Part shown: positions 37,153 through 46,513 of the stretch, in pieces
How the letters are laid out: the number at the start of each line of letters is the position of its first letter
Numbering within the stretch: position 1 is the stretch's first letter
DNA from: a virus
DNA: 64,000 nucleotides
Virus record (IMG/VR): IMGVR_UViG_3300027644_000004
Span: 28,256-92,255 of that record
Strand: one strand, 5' to 3'
Notes under the pieces: model-generated
Seen by the model: the letters and a program-made list of their open reading frames with translations, nothing else
What the model was told of the DNA's origin: nothing
Database searches by the model: none
Position numbers and translations under genes: made by a program

Positions 37153-37560
37153 ATGGCAATTTATAAAAATCATGCACCGTGTTGCGCCTATTCAGATTGC
37201 AGGAACAAAGTTGGATACCATTCTCAGTATAGAAAAGTCAATGGCACCATTGGATTTAAATGGAAGAAATTTTGTGACGTGCATCGTACTACTAAAAAAG
37301 CCATAATTGACGACTGGAAAATGGCAAGAGGCTGCGAAAATGTTGACGGGCGACACGGATTTGTGTGTACTGCTACCATTATTGCTCCTGAGCAGTTGGA
37401 CATACATCATCGAGATGGCAATCATCAAAATGATTCTCAAGACAACTTGGAATGTATCTGTGGGAACTGTCACAGTGTGGTAACTGTACAAAACGGTGAC
37501 CACCAAAACAGATATAACAATGTTGTGCAATGGCCCGAAGGTCTTGTAACTTTTGAATGA
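37153..37560 (+). CDS. HNH endonuclease
   Basis: LDIHHRDGNHQND..DNL...CGNCH, plus N-terminal Cys/His Zn ligands. Confidence 0.85.
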   Translation: MAIYKNHAPCCAYSDCRNKVGYHSQYRKVNGTIGFKWKKFCDVHRTTKKAIIDDWKMARGCENVDGRHGFVCTATIIAPEQLDIHHRDGNHQNDSQDNLECICGNCHSVVTVQNGDHQNRYNNVVQWPEGLVTFE

Positions 37561-38135
37561 CCATGTTAAAAGAATCCTTAGATAATTTCACCGCGCCGAT
37601 TTATGGCAAGACCAGGCGCAGTGCCGAAACTTACCAGACTGTGGCTCGACACTGCACTGCACAGCTTGACCGCTTGGTTAAAGAATATCGAGCAGTCAAG
37701 AATGACCAGCAGTGGTTGCGTGAGATTCGCAACGACATTGATTACTATCTACGTCGTTATCACGAATACTGTATTCAACAACGTGATGGAATGAAAGCCC
37801 ACTATCACGAAGTTGGTGCCGACGACGACTGCGACTTTGAACATCTGATCCCGGCCAGCCGTATTCGTGACCTGTTGCTGGCCGGTGCTGTCACAGTTGA
37901 GCAGGCGCTGAATGCACCCACCGTGCGATTGAGCCGTGTCAAGCACATGGCCCTGAAAGATGCAGGTTGGGCTGCCAAAACTCCGGACATGTGGCTGCCA
38001 TTCCGTCGCTACAGTCAGGTGTTTGCGGCCACCTATCAAACACACGATGGCACAGTTGTTGATCCAGAAACTTGGACACTCGAAAAGCACTATGAGTACT
38101 TTGCGCACCTTGTGATCGACTTTGGACATCAGTAG
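37557..38135 (+). CDS. HNH-like (EHxxP) nuclease-domain protein
   Basis: DFEHLIP...V.LS...H..L...G....P....F.RY. Confidence 0.55.
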   Translation: MTMLKESLDNFTAPIYGKTRRSAETYQTVARHCTAQLDRLVKEYRAVKNDQQWLREIRNDIDYYLRRYHEYCIQQRDGMKAHYHEVGADDDCDFEHLIPASRIRDLLLAGAVTVEQALNAPTVRLSRVKHMALKDAGWAAKTPDMWLPFRRYSQVFAATYQTHDGTVVDPETWTLEKHYEYFAHLVIDFGHQ

Positions 38136-38148
38136 TACTTGCTTTTGG

Positions 38149-38177
38149 TTGACCAAATATTCCCAATCTGCTATAAT
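38149..38177 (+). promoter_or_regulatory. sigma70 promoter
   Basis: TTGACC-N17-TATAAT. Confidence 0.85.
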
Positions 38178-38212
38178 ACACACATAAACAACAAACATTT
38201 TGGAATTAAAAA

Positions 38213-38605
38213 ATGAGCGGTTGGAACACAATTGAAAAAATTCGTCGCATTGAAAAACAACTCGACGAGCTTGGTTTTAAGTTTGCCAAGAGCCGGCACA
38301 GTGATTGGACTGAATCTCACGGTGCTCTGAGTCTTGTACCAAAAGACGCTGATGCATTGCCAATCTACACTCGTGATGCTGAGCTGTTTGTTGGCAGTTT
38401 GGAACGGCTTGAAGATTGGCTAGCCGGCGTGCTGTGGGCACGTGAATATGACCGGATGCTGAAAATGTCAGATGAAAAGAAACGTGAAAAGGCAGAAGTG
38501 CAAGAACGCGAGCGTCTGGCGTTGATGCGCAAGCGCGAAGAGCAGTCCCAAATATTCCAAGTGCTCCGTGCTACAGATCGTGAAAATCTCAACCCCAAAA
38601 AGTAA
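38213..38605 (+). CDS. hypothetical protein
   Basis: LPIY.RDAELF.G...WL.G..WAR.YD; follows promoter. Confidence 0.75.
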   Translation: MSGWNTIEKIRRIEKQLDELGFKFAKSRHSDWTESHGALSLVPKDADALPIYTRDAELFVGSLERLEDWLAGVLWAREYDRMLKMSDEKKREKAEVQERERLALMRKREEQSQIFQVLRATDRENLNPKK

Positions 38606-38670
38606 TACTTTAGTGTTGTTTTTTTGCAACAAACTGTTTGGTTGACCAATTATTCCCAATTTGCTATAAT
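38603..38670 (+). promoter_or_regulatory. palindromic sites plus sigma70 promoter
   Basis: TGTTGT-T6-GCAACA 38614-38631; TTGACC 38642; TATAAT 38665. Confidence 0.8.
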
Positions 38671-38704
38671 ATACACATAAAATAACAAAAGGAACTGTAA
38701 ATTC

Positions 38705-39151
38705 ATGTTATATTTTGCATACGGAATGAATACCAACACTCAAGGCATGGCCCAACGTTGCCCCCAGGCAGTGGCGCATGGCCACGCTCGATTGTTGGGT
38801 CACAGTTTCCGATTTGCAGGTCCTGCTGATGTACAAGTTGATCACCGAAACTATGTGGACGGCGTGCTGTGGGATATCACAGACAACTGCCTGCAGGCTT
38901 TGGATCAGCTGGAAGGATTCCCTCACTACTATGACCGCAAGTGGGCTCAGGTAGAGTTTGCACAGGCAGAATGTTCTGCAATGGTGTACTATATGCAACC
39001 TGGCCACAAGAACTCGCCACCATCTGAGGGATATTTCAACATGGTAGCCGAAGGGTACCGCGAGTTTGGAGTGCCACAGGACCAGCTGTTTACGGCTGTA
39101 GCCCGGCAAGAGAAATTTTTAATCAACACAACAGAAGCAAAGGAACTGTAA
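38705..39151 (+). CDS. gamma-glutamylcyclotransferase (AIG2-like)
   Basis: YFAYGMN...M..RCP.A, V.GVLW, LDQLEGFP.YY, PS..Y...V..GY. Confidence 0.88.
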   Translation: MLYFAYGMNTNTQGMAQRCPQAVAHGHARLLGHSFRFAGPADVQVDHRNYVDGVLWDITDNCLQALDQLEGFPHYYDRKWAQVEFAQAECSAMVYYMQPGHKNSPPSEGYFNMVAEGYREFGVPQDQLFTAVARQEKFLINTTEAKEL

Positions 39152-39390
39152 TGATTTTAGACTTACACATGAGGCCCATAGTTTGTTTTGACAGTGCCAA
39201 TCACGATCATCGCCGATGGTTTTCTGAATTCCAAAAAAATCGCACATGGAGCAAGTGTCCGGTTCGATTTGCAGTGCCAGGCGACAGCAGTGGCGGCGAT
39301 TTGGTTTCAATGATACAAAAATCTCTGTTGAAGTATTACGTTTCCAAAGAGTTTATTGCACCACGTAAACAGAAAGTGAAAACATCATGA
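39151..39390 (+). CDS. hypothetical protein
   Basis: RP.V.FD..N..HR.W...F....W..CPVRF. Confidence 0.7.
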   Translation: MILDLHMRPIVCFDSANHDHRRWFSEFQKNRTWSKCPVRFAVPGDSSGGDLVSMIQKSLLKYYVSKEFIAPRKQKVKTS

Positions 39391-39512
39391 GATTGATCGT
39401 AGGTTTCGTACTGGGCTTGGTTGTGGCAACTGTGGGCTTTTCGGGTATTGCTCGAATCCTGGACAACAGCATTGAACACGTTAAAATCCAAAGTCAGGAA
39501 TTGGCCAAGTGA
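39387..39512 (+). CDS. 41-aa membrane peptide (not in ORF track)
   Basis: MRLIVGFVLGLVVATVGFSGIARILDNSIEHVKIQSQELAK*; ATGA overlap. Confidence 0.65.
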   Translation: MRLIVGFVLGLVVATVGFSGIARILDNSIEHVKIQSQELAK

Positions 39513-39540
39513 TTTTGGCAAACCAGAATACACTTTGTGG

Positions 39541-39569
39541 TTGACATTCAAATCAAAATCAACTACAAT
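39541..39569 (+). promoter_or_regulatory. sigma70 promoter
   Basis: TTGACA-N17-TACAAT. Confidence 0.75.
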
Positions 39570-39631
39570 ATGTATATGTTAAGCAATTAACATTTTTTTA
39601 AACTTTGATAGGCAATTTGAAAGGCAACATT

Positions 39632-39985
39632 ATGACAGACAAACTCTTTACAGTGGCAGGTACTGCAACTAACGCTGATGGTACTACTAAGGCTCGTTTT
39701 GCAAACGACTTGGTGGCTCGTATCAAGATCCTCAACAAGGCAGGTTGCACTGCTATCAACTTGGTCGAGCTGCCCTCGCCCATGACCAAACTGCAAGCTC
39801 TGCAGTTCTTGCAAGATACCCAGGGCTACACTGGTGATGCCAGCTATGCTGTGGCCAACAAGTTGGCAGAGAAGACCAAGGTCGCCAAGAAAGGCGAGGT
39901 CACTGTGTCTGCTAAGAGTGCCAAGGCCACCAAGGCCAAGGTCACTGTGACTGCTGAGCAACTGGTGGAAATGGCCAAGGCCTAA
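39632..39985 (+). CDS. basic hypothetical protein with Lys/Ala tail
   Basis: F.VAG...G..K.RFAND...RIK.L.K.G...I.L.ELP..MTK..A; own terminator. Confidence 0.75.
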   Translation: MTDKLFTVAGTATNADGTTKARFANDLVARIKILNKAGCTAINLVELPSPMTKLQALQFLQDTQGYTGDASYAVANKLAEKTKVAKKGEVTVSAKSAKATKAKVTVTAEQLVEMAKA

Positions 39986-40001
39986 GCACTATTGTTGCAA
40001 C

Positions 40002-40027
40002 AAAAAAGCGGCTTCGGCCGCTTTTTT
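40002..40027 (+). terminator. intrinsic terminator
   Basis: AAAAAAGCGG-CTTCGG-CCGCTTTTTT. Confidence 0.9.
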
Positions 40028-40049
40028 ATTAACTCGCATAATTACTAGT

Positions 40050-40280
40050 ATGTCAGACACCCCAGACAACGATGCCCATGCACAAGTGCTGGCAATAATG
40101 TATCTGCTCTACGAGCAAGGGATACAGGAAGTCCATATGGGCGGCCTGATGAGAATCATGGGTGTCAACAACGAAATGGCCGCAGATTTTGACGACAAGG
40201 TATTTGTATTAACTGATGACTTTGCTAAGTACATGCACGAGATCCAATCGGGCAGAGACTCAAGCCAGCCATTGCATTAA
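40050..40280 (+). CDS. hypothetical protein
   Basis: TAATTA 5 nt upstream. Confidence 0.65.
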   Translation: MSDTPDNDAHAQVLAIMYLLYEQGIQEVHMGGLMRIMGVNNEMAADFDDKVFVLTDDFAKYMHEIQSGRDSSQPLH

Positions 40281-40525
40281 TGACATTACCTATCTACAAA
40301 AGCAACACTGCACTTTATATCGTTGTGCTAAGAGACGACAGTGCCAAAACCAAACTAACCGAATGGTTGAACGGGCGTCGCCACGCCCAGGGCCGAGTTG
40401 AAGAACACCGCTTACATATCTACGACCAAAACACCTTAAATCTATTCACTGTGACATGGCCGCATTCAATGAACAACCTAACTGTCTGGGACTGCTGGAA
40501 TCGGCGACATATCTACCTAGACTAG
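40280..40525 (+). CDS. hypothetical protein
   Basis: Coupled to upstream gene. Confidence 0.6.
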   Translation: MTLPIYKSNTALYIVVLRDDSAKTKLTEWLNGRRHAQGRVEEHRLHIYDQNTLNLFTVTWPHSMNNLTVWDCWNRRHIYLD

Positions 40526-40526
40526 G

Positions 40527-40555
40527 TTGACACTGCAATAAAAAACCTCTATACT
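40527..40555 (+). promoter_or_regulatory. sigma70 promoter
   Basis: TTGACA-N17-TATACT. Confidence 0.7.
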
Positions 40556-40600
40556 TTGTTATGTGTTAAGTAAACACGTTATAATTTTAAAGGAATAAAA

Positions 40601-40789
40601 ATGACACAACATGAAACCATCGTCGCCGCATACGAGACTTACCTGGCCGAAAATGAAAAATTCACTGCCAAGGGTGTAAAAGCCGCTGCCGCTCGCGCAC
40701 GTAAGGCTCTGCAGGAAATGAGCAAAGGCATCAAAGAACGCCGCAAAGAAATCACCGCGGAAAAAGAAGCATTGACAGTGGCCAAATGA
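40601..40789 (+). CDS. histone H1-like Hc1 family protein
   Basis: EKF..KGVKAAAARARKAL.E..K..KERRKEI. Confidence 0.8.
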   Translation: MTQHETIVAAYETYLAENEKFTAKGVKAAAARARKALQEMSKGIKERRKEITAEKEALTVAK

Positions 40790-40959
40790 CTACATACACT
40801 GCCAACGTGATTGAAGATCCCGACAACCCAGATGAACTGTTGTTGGATCTTGGCCCGGACCTGTGTGAAAAAATGGGTTGGGTACCGGGTGATAATATCA
40901 CCTGGACTGACAACAAGGACGGTACATGGACAATGACAAAAACCACATCTGGAGTCTAG
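40786..40959 (+). CDS. AbrB/MazE-like small protein (not in ORF track)
   Basis: MTTYTANVIEDPDNPDELLLDLGPDLCEKMGWVPGDNITWTDNKDGTWTMTK... Confidence 0.7.
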   Translation: MTTYTANVIEDPDNPDELLLDLGPDLCEKMGWVPGDNITWTDNKDGTWTMTKTTSGV

Positions 40960-41456
40960 ACGACGTGATCACCATCACCGAGCCAGAAGTGACAACGGAG
41001 TTGTATTCCCTTTCAGGGGCAGAATTTCAATATAGTGGTTCAAATACCACTGGTATATTGGCACAGGAAATTTCCAATACCATTGACCTGAGCAACATCA
41101 CTATAGGTGCAGTGGGATCCGTGAACAACCACTCCTATCCATACACCATCGGCACAGCCTGGGGAACTGATACTATAACTGCCTCGGGCATATCGACATC
41201 GATCAGTCAGGGTGGCACAATAGAGCTGCAAGGCGAGGAAGCTGACATCATTGTCAACGGTGTCAGCTTGATGGATAAACTTGATACCATTGCTGAACGA
41301 CTCAACATACTGAGCGTCAATCAAAAGCTGGAAGCGGAATGGGATCAACTCAGAGAACTGGGCGAACGTTATCGCGAGCTGGAACAGGAACTCAAGGCCA
41401 AGTCAGAAATGTGGAAAACACTAAAAACCAAAACGCCCAGTAAACCACGCAGTTAA
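40926..41456 (+). CDS. hypothetical protein
   Basis: Thr/Ser-rich N-terminus; L.GE.ADI.VNG.SL...I.ERL.IL..N.KLE..W..L..L...YR.LE. Confidence 0.7.
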   Translation: MDNDKNHIWSLDDVITITEPEVTTELYSLSGAEFQYSGSNTTGILAQEISNTIDLSNITIGAVGSVNNHSYPYTIGTAWGTDTITASGISTSISQGGTIELQGEEADIIVNGVSLMDKLDTIAERLNILSVNQKLEAEWDQLRELGERYRELEQELKAKSEMWKTLKTKTPSKPRS

Positions 41457-41523
41457 TGGTAAAAACGTTTCATTTCGGCCCGGTACTGCCGGGGATCCTT
41501 AACCTTAGAGTAAGTAAAAGCCT

Positions 41524-42102
41524 ATGAAAACAAAATTAACTTTAAACAAATTTGATCTGACGCCGTGGATTGCACGACTGCTTATGGCAGCAGGGCTTGC
41601 GGCTGTGGTTGTTGCTGTGGTAGCAGTTTGCCAAGCACGACTAGACAATCTGCGGCAAGCACAACTTGACATGCCCACCGGCTATGTCACTGCCGCGGAA
41701 AAAACACGTCAGTTAGAATGCCTAACACGCAACATCTACTGGGAAGCTGCATCGGAGCCTTTTGAAGGCAAAGTGGCAGTGGCTCAGGTCACAGTGAATC
41801 GCATGCAATCGGGTAAGTTTGCAGATTCAGTGTGCGGAGTGGTATATCAAAAGAATGTGTTCTACGAACGAGTGGTATGCCAATTCAGTTGGTACTGCGA
41901 AGGCAACCACAAAGTAAAAGCCATACACAAACCCATGTGGAACGAATCAGAAGAAGTGGCCAAAAAGGTCCTGCTGGAAGGCTTTAGATTACCCAGTTTG
42001 CAGAAAGCACTTTACTATCATGCAGACTATGTAAACCCCGGATGGAATCATCCCAAAATTGAAAAAATCGGTCGTCATATTTTTTACGGAGAACGCAAAT
42101 GA
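41524..42102 (+). CDS. cell wall hydrolase SleB/Hydrolase_2
   Basis: N-terminal TM; CL..NIYWEA..E..EGK.AVAQVT.NR...CGVVYQ...CQFSWYC...YYHADYVNP.W...IG.HIFY. Confidence 0.92.
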   Translation: MKTKLTLNKFDLTPWIARLLMAAGLAAVVVAVVAVCQARLDNLRQAQLDMPTGYVTAAEKTRQLECLTRNIYWEAASEPFEGKVAVAQVTVNRMQSGKFADSVCGVVYQKNVFYERVVCQFSWYCEGNHKVKAIHKPMWNESEEVAKKVLLEGFRLPSLQKALYYHADYVNPGWNHPKIEKIGRHIFYGERK

Positions 42103-42395
42103 ACATTGAATCAGTACGCAACTTTCTTGCCACAACACTTACCAAAGTTTCTGCAGAAACACTAGGATGGCTAGCAGCTATTGTGATCCATGCCGCAACT
42201 ATTCCTACCTTGCTTGCATTGATGACCGGCTTGAGTGATCGTACACCTAACTTGGACATTGTGCTGTTTGCCTGGGCCGGCTTGGTGCTGATGTTTTTGA
42301 GAGCAGTGGTACTCAAAGATCTTTTGAATATCATCACAATTGGTCTGGGATTTATTATCCAGGCAGTGTTAATGGCCTTGATTCTTTTTAAATGA
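42099..42395 (+). CDS. three-TM membrane protein
   Basis: Hydrophobic helices; coupled to SleB. Confidence 0.7.
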   Translation: MNIESVRNFLATTLTKVSAETLGWLAAIVIHAATIPTLLALMTGLSDRTPNLDIVLFAWAGLVLMFLRAVVLKDLLNIITIGLGFIIQAVLMALILFK

Positions 42396-43117
42396 CCATA
42401 CCTAACTTTGTAGTGCTGGACAGCATACATGGTCGGTTTATTGTGAACCGCCATTGTGCTTTTCAAGCTGAGGCTCTGGTCAAAACCGGCGCCACACATA
42501 TCGAGAGCGAACTTGCTAACATCTTTGTGTTGATAGACACTCTTAAAGAAGGTGCTGTGATCATTGACGGCGGCGCCAATGCCGGCTTCTTTACTATCCC
42601 AGTGGCCAATAGAATACGTGGACGTGGTCAGCGGATCATTAGTTTTGAGCCGCAACTGACTCTGTACCGTGCGCTGTCAGGCAGCCTGGCCCTGAATGAC
42701 ATTGACTTTTGTGATCTACACTATGCCGGACTGGGAGAAACACCCGGCACAGCCCAAGTGCCAGATATCAATTACAGCATGCCACAGGACTTTGGCACAG
42801 TGCAGATCAGTGAGACCGGCAACGGCACCACAGTTGAAATTGTCACCATTGACAATTTGAAATTGGACCGCCTGGACTTTGTCAAGTTGGATGTGGAAGG
42901 CTACGAGTGTGCAGCCTTGGCCGGTGGTATCAAAACAATCCAACAACACCGTCCGTATATCTGGGTCGAGTTCTTTATCAGTGGTCGCGATCCAATTAAG
43001 GCTGAGTTGGCTGGAGTGCCGGATTATGCCTTTTTCCAGGTGGATTACCAAAACATGCTGTGTATCCCAAGAGAACGCATACCCGAAATTAGGTTTTCTG
43101 GCATTGCTGAGTGCTAG
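42392..43117 (+). CDS. FkbM family methyltransferase
   Basis: IDGGANAG, SFEPQ, TID.L...LDFVKLDVEGYE..AL.G..I....P.I.VE. Confidence 0.9.
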   Translation: MTIPNFVVLDSIHGRFIVNRHCAFQAEALVKTGATHIESELANIFVLIDTLKEGAVIIDGGANAGFFTIPVANRIRGRGQRIISFEPQLTLYRALSGSLALNDIDFCDLHYAGLGETPGTAQVPDINYSMPQDFGTVQISETGNGTTVEIVTIDNLKLDRLDFVKLDVEGYECAALAGGIKTIQQHRPYIWVEFFISGRDPIKAELAGVPDYAFFQVDYQNMLCIPRERIPEIRFSGIAEC

Positions 43118-43146
43118 TTGACCAATAAATACTGTTCTGCTATAAT
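43118..43146 (+). promoter_or_regulatory. sigma70 promoter, leaderless transcript
   Basis: TTGACC-N17-TATAAT, with ATG 5 nt downstream. Confidence 0.8.
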
Positions 43147-43151
43147 AAAGC

Positions 43152-43379
43152 ATGATTAAGATTTCTAATAGTCGATACCGAGCACTGCGTCCAAATGACC
43201 CAGATTTCACATTCTCACCCGATGGCATCCAACTGGTCTCACGTGCAGGATTTGAAATTAGCAATAACTGTCCTACTGAATACAAGAGTATTCTGATCAC
43301 TGCAATCACCGCAGGGTGGCTGAAACCTGTGGCCCATATGCGTGACACCGAATATACCATGGAGTTATTGCGCAAATGA
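43152..43379 (+). CDS. hypothetical protein
   Basis: RAGFEI...CP.EY..I...A...GWLKPVA. Confidence 0.7.
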   Translation: MIKISNSRYRALRPNDPDFTFSPDGIQLVSRAGFEISNNCPTEYKSILITAITAGWLKPVAHMRDTEYTMELLRK

Positions 43380-43615
43380 TGCGAGATCCCTATTACGGTG
43401 CAGTACCGCCTGAGCTGAATGATATTGTGTTTCATAAGCCCAAACAGGATGCCAGTATTGTCATGCACATGGGCGGCGGTGATGAAATGCTACGAGTCAC
43501 TCCGGAGGGATTTTGGGTACGCGGTGTTCGAGTCGAACAGGATGACCGAGAAGCAGAAACAGTGTATAATGCATTTAAACAATGGATGGCCTGGGCCGCC
43601 CTAACACAAAGGTAA
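43376..43615 (+). CDS. hypothetical protein
   Basis: EMLRV..EGFWVRGV.V.QD..EA..VY.AFK.W. Confidence 0.7.
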   Translation: MMRDPYYGAVPPELNDIVFHKPKQDASIVMHMGGGDEMLRVTPEGFWVRGVRVEQDDREAETVYNAFKQWMAWAALTQR

Positions 43616-43619
43616 CAGT

Positions 43620-43859
43620 ATGACCGATCCTAAAAAACCCGTAGAAATAGTTTTTGCACCCGGTTGCTTTGATCATCTTGATGTGGAAGATCAGACTGAA
43701 CTGGATGCAGTGATGAAAGAAATCACAGAAATGTTTGCCAACATGTCACCCGAAGAACTGGCAGCACAGAGTCGACCTGTTGACTGGGACAGTCTTGATG
43801 ACAAAGAACGAGAAATTCTCGAACGGTCACTCAACGACGAACCAAGGAACCTGCAATAA
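43620..43859 (+). CDS. acidic hypothetical protein
   Basis: I.FAPGCFD...QxELD....I..MF. Confidence 0.7.
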   Translation: MTDPKKPVEIVFAPGCFDHLDVEDQTELDAVMKEITEMFANMSPEELAAQSRPVDWDSLDDKEREILERSLNDEPRNLQ

Positions 43860-43890
43860 CCTGACAGGTCCTAACACAAGGAAAATAATT

Positions 43891-44538
43891 ATGAAAAAAT
43901 GGTACGAATGGATGCGCAAGCATCATGATCCCGAAGATGCATCGGCAGAATTTTTATACAAAAATTTAAACAAAGAAACTGCTTGCCTGCGGGAATGGAT
44001 AGATCGCAATGACTATCATGTTTTCCACGAAGCACCTTGTTTTCAAGGCAAGCAATATGCTGAATCTCTGGACGACTATTATTTGAATCAAAATCTAAGT
44101 CGAGAGCAGGTTGCCGAGTGGATCGACGATCCCGAGTATGCTAGGTTGATAAAAGACTCAGGAGTGCAGGTAATGGCTGCGCCTCCAAAAGATACAGAAA
44201 AACAATTCCGAGACAGCATCCGTGACGTATTTCCAATTGATTGGGATACTGCACACATTGTGATTCAAGTTCAACGTCCCGGTGATATGTTTCCCTTACA
44301 CTATGATCGATTTAAAAATCAAGTGTTTACTGCTGATCAAGGAATTGTTCAACGCTGGGTGATCATGATTTACGATCAACAACCCGGACAATGTTTTTTC
44401 ATGAACGATTGCAATATACCCTGGAAAGCAGGAGATGTGATCAGCTGGAATCAGACCAATTACAGTCACGGCAGTGCCAATTTTGGATATCAACCTCGGT
44501 TCTCAGTTCGGTTGACCGGCCGCTTGCTCAAGTCGTAA
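43891..44538 (+). CDS. 2OG-Fe(II)/AspH-like oxygenase
   Basis: PG..FPLHYD (HxD), HGSAN, R...LTG; paralog of 8147-8662. Confidence 0.7.
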   Translation: MKKWYEWMRKHHDPEDASAEFLYKNLNKETACLREWIDRNDYHVFHEAPCFQGKQYAESLDDYYLNQNLSREQVAEWIDDPEYARLIKDSGVQVMAAPPKDTEKQFRDSIRDVFPIDWDTAHIVIQVQRPGDMFPLHYDRFKNQVFTADQGIVQRWVIMIYDQQPGQCFFMNDCNIPWKAGDVISWNQTNYSHGSANFGYQPRFSVRLTGRLLKS

Positions 44539-44562
44539 AATAACAATAACTAACCAGTTAGA

Positions 44563-45060
44563 ATGAATACCCAACACCATCATATCCAGGTTCTGGCAGA
44601 ATTACATTGGGATGTAGAAAGACCTGAATTGAAATTTTCAACACTTCAACAAAATTTAGATTATTGTTTCAATATTGTTCGAGAACGTGATAATTTTGTT
44701 GAATGTGTGGCATATGAATTTGACATGCCAACGTCTGAGCTTGAAAACACCTTGGCTATTGCATTGGTCAATAAAACAAACAATTTAGTCAATCAAAACT
44801 CAGACCACTGGGTAGACATCAAAAACATTTTTGTTGATGGAACTCCGGCCGACTGGTTATTGCACAAAAACACAGTATTCAAGCACAGCATGTCTCAGGA
44901 ATGGGTCAACAACATGACATCTCAGGGATTCGATATTCAACCCGAATATTCCCCGGGCACCGAACTACGACTCAACGGAACCTGCTATTTCAAATTCACA
45001 CATCCTTTTTTGATACAAAGAGTTACTGCCGACTGGAGGGCTGCTAATGACAAAATCTAA
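44563..45060 (+). CDS. hypothetical protein (family related to 23414-23839)
   Basis: I.L.NK...V.IK.I.VDG...L.LNG...F.F..PF. Confidence 0.6.
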   Translation: MNTQHHHIQVLAELHWDVERPELKFSTLQQNLDYCFNIVRERDNFVECVAYEFDMPTSELENTLAIALVNKTNNLVNQNSDHWVDIKNIFVDGTPADWLLHKNTVFKHSMSQEWVNNMTSQGFDIQPEYSPGTELRLNGTCYFKFTHPFLIQRVTADWRAANDKI

Positions 45061-45778
45061 TTACGTTGAGCAATTTTTTGCAACAGACTTTACTCCATAC
45101 CAACACCTGGCCAATGACATTGTTGACAGCGATACGCTGATTGATAACCAAGTCCCACTTGTTAAGATCCCGGTGGCTGACACAACTTTGATAACTCGAC
45201 TGCATGAGTTTTGCCTGAACAATCAAGAACAATTCAAAGTCCCTGAGTCAGTTGACAGTTATAATCATTTTTGGTATCAATCTTTACATACCAAAGGATG
45301 GAAACAGTTTATTGTCAGACACAATCGGCCGTCTTCTCTTGTTACATTTGACAAAAGTACAACGCTGAACGAACACCATACTCAATCCGATGACGTGAAC
45401 CAGATTGCCTCCGGATTGATTGATCAACTGTTCGGGTCATTTGGGCTGACTGTTAGACATGCTCGTTTAAATTCTCTAGAACCTAATGGATATTTTGCGC
45501 CGCATGTGGATGTGTATCAAAAAGATCCTGGGTTATGTTATGTTTGGATGCCATTGCATGATGCTGTTCCACATTTGAAAATATTTCCTTTTGGTCTAGT
45601 AAATTCAGAATTTGGAAATATGTATCTGCTCAATTATTCAAAATACACACACTCAGTTTGGAACCAAAAAGAACAAACACGGTTTGTTCTTGGCGCAGTG
45701 TTTGATATTGATCAGGTGCCACCGGAATTTATTCAGTTATTTCGAGAACAAAAAAAATCTTATAGACAATTATTTTAA
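45047..45778 (+). CDS. aspartyl/asparaginyl beta-hydroxylase-like oxygenase
   Basis: ARL..LEP.G...PHVD, G..YLLN....HSVWN....R. Confidence 0.72.
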   Translation: MTKSNYVEQFFATDFTPYQHLANDIVDSDTLIDNQVPLVKIPVADTTLITRLHEFCLNNQEQFKVPESVDSYNHFWYQSLHTKGWKQFIVRHNRPSSLVTFDKSTTLNEHHTQSDDVNQIASGLIDQLFGSFGLTVRHARLNSLEPNGYFAPHVDVYQKDPGLCYVWMPLHDAVPHLKIFPFGLVNSEFGNMYLLNYSKYTHSVWNQKEQTRFVLGAVFDIDQVPPEFIQLFREQKKSYRQLF

Positions 45779-45792
45779 TTTGGTACAACAAC

Positions 45793-46182
45793 ATGTCAAT
45801 GCACTTACATCATCCTGCCCTTAGCTATAACGGCAAGAAAAAAGGCCCAGTCAAGTTCCGCAATGCCGAAGAAGCTCGCAAGGCACGTGAGCTGGATGCT
45901 TCGTGGAAAGAACTGCAAAAAAAGTGGGAAGTAGATGCTGACGAAAAGCGCCGCAAACGTGCCCTGGCTGCTGAACCTTTGCAGTATAAATTAACTGCAC
46001 CTCCGGGTCGTGGCAACACACATCATATTCCCAGTGTTGACACCGGCGGCAATGCCACACTGGCCGCCCCCAAGGTGTACACAGGTACCAAGGTCAAAGG
46101 TATTGCCACCATGCACAAATCAAATGCTGTGCCGGTATTCTCGGACCAAGAAGCTGTGGAAATTTCCAGCATGCGGAGATGA
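45793..46182 (+). CDS. conserved phage hypothetical protein
   Basis: KVYTG..VKGIATMHKSNAVPVFS..EA.EIS.MRR. Confidence 0.8.
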   Translation: MSMHLHHPALSYNGKKKGPVKFRNAEEARKARELDASWKELQKKWEVDADEKRRKRALAAEPLQYKLTAPPGRGNTHHIPSVDTGGNATLAAPKVYTGTKVKGIATMHKSNAVPVFSDQEAVEISSMRR

Positions 46183-46188
46183 GTTGCT

Positions 46189-46506
46189 GTGAATGCAAAC
46201 GATCAGGTGTTGGTAGACATAGCCTACAAAATGGCCCAGGATATTGACACTGAAATACTAATGACCACAATGGGTTGGCACAAGTTAGAACTGAGCGATG
46301 GCCTAGTGCATGGCAAACGATATCTCACTGTGCATCCTGACAATGGCGAGCATTGGAACGAAATGATGACCTGGATGGTTGGGACATTTGGTGCCACTGC
46401 ACACGACGGAGTATGGACTCCGGACATGCGATGGTATGCCAACAATGCCAAGTTTTGGTTTCAGGATCCAGCCGATCTCACCCTGTTTCTGTTAAAGTGG
46501 AGTTGA
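46189..46506 (+). CDS. hypothetical protein (F.F....D...F.LKW family)
   Basis: W...FG...RW...KFWFQDPADLTLFLLKWS. Confidence 0.7.
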   Translation: MNANDQVLVDIAYKMAQDIDTEILMTTMGWHKLELSDGLVHGKRYLTVHPDNGEHWNEMMTWMVGTFGATAHDGVWTPDMRWYANNAKFWFQDPADLTLFLLKWS

Positions 46507-46513
46507 TCAAACA

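Noticed and set aside
40786-41456. MazEF-type toxin-antitoxin pair
   Set aside because: The AbrB-like ORF's neighbours show no MazF, PIN or other toxin motifs.
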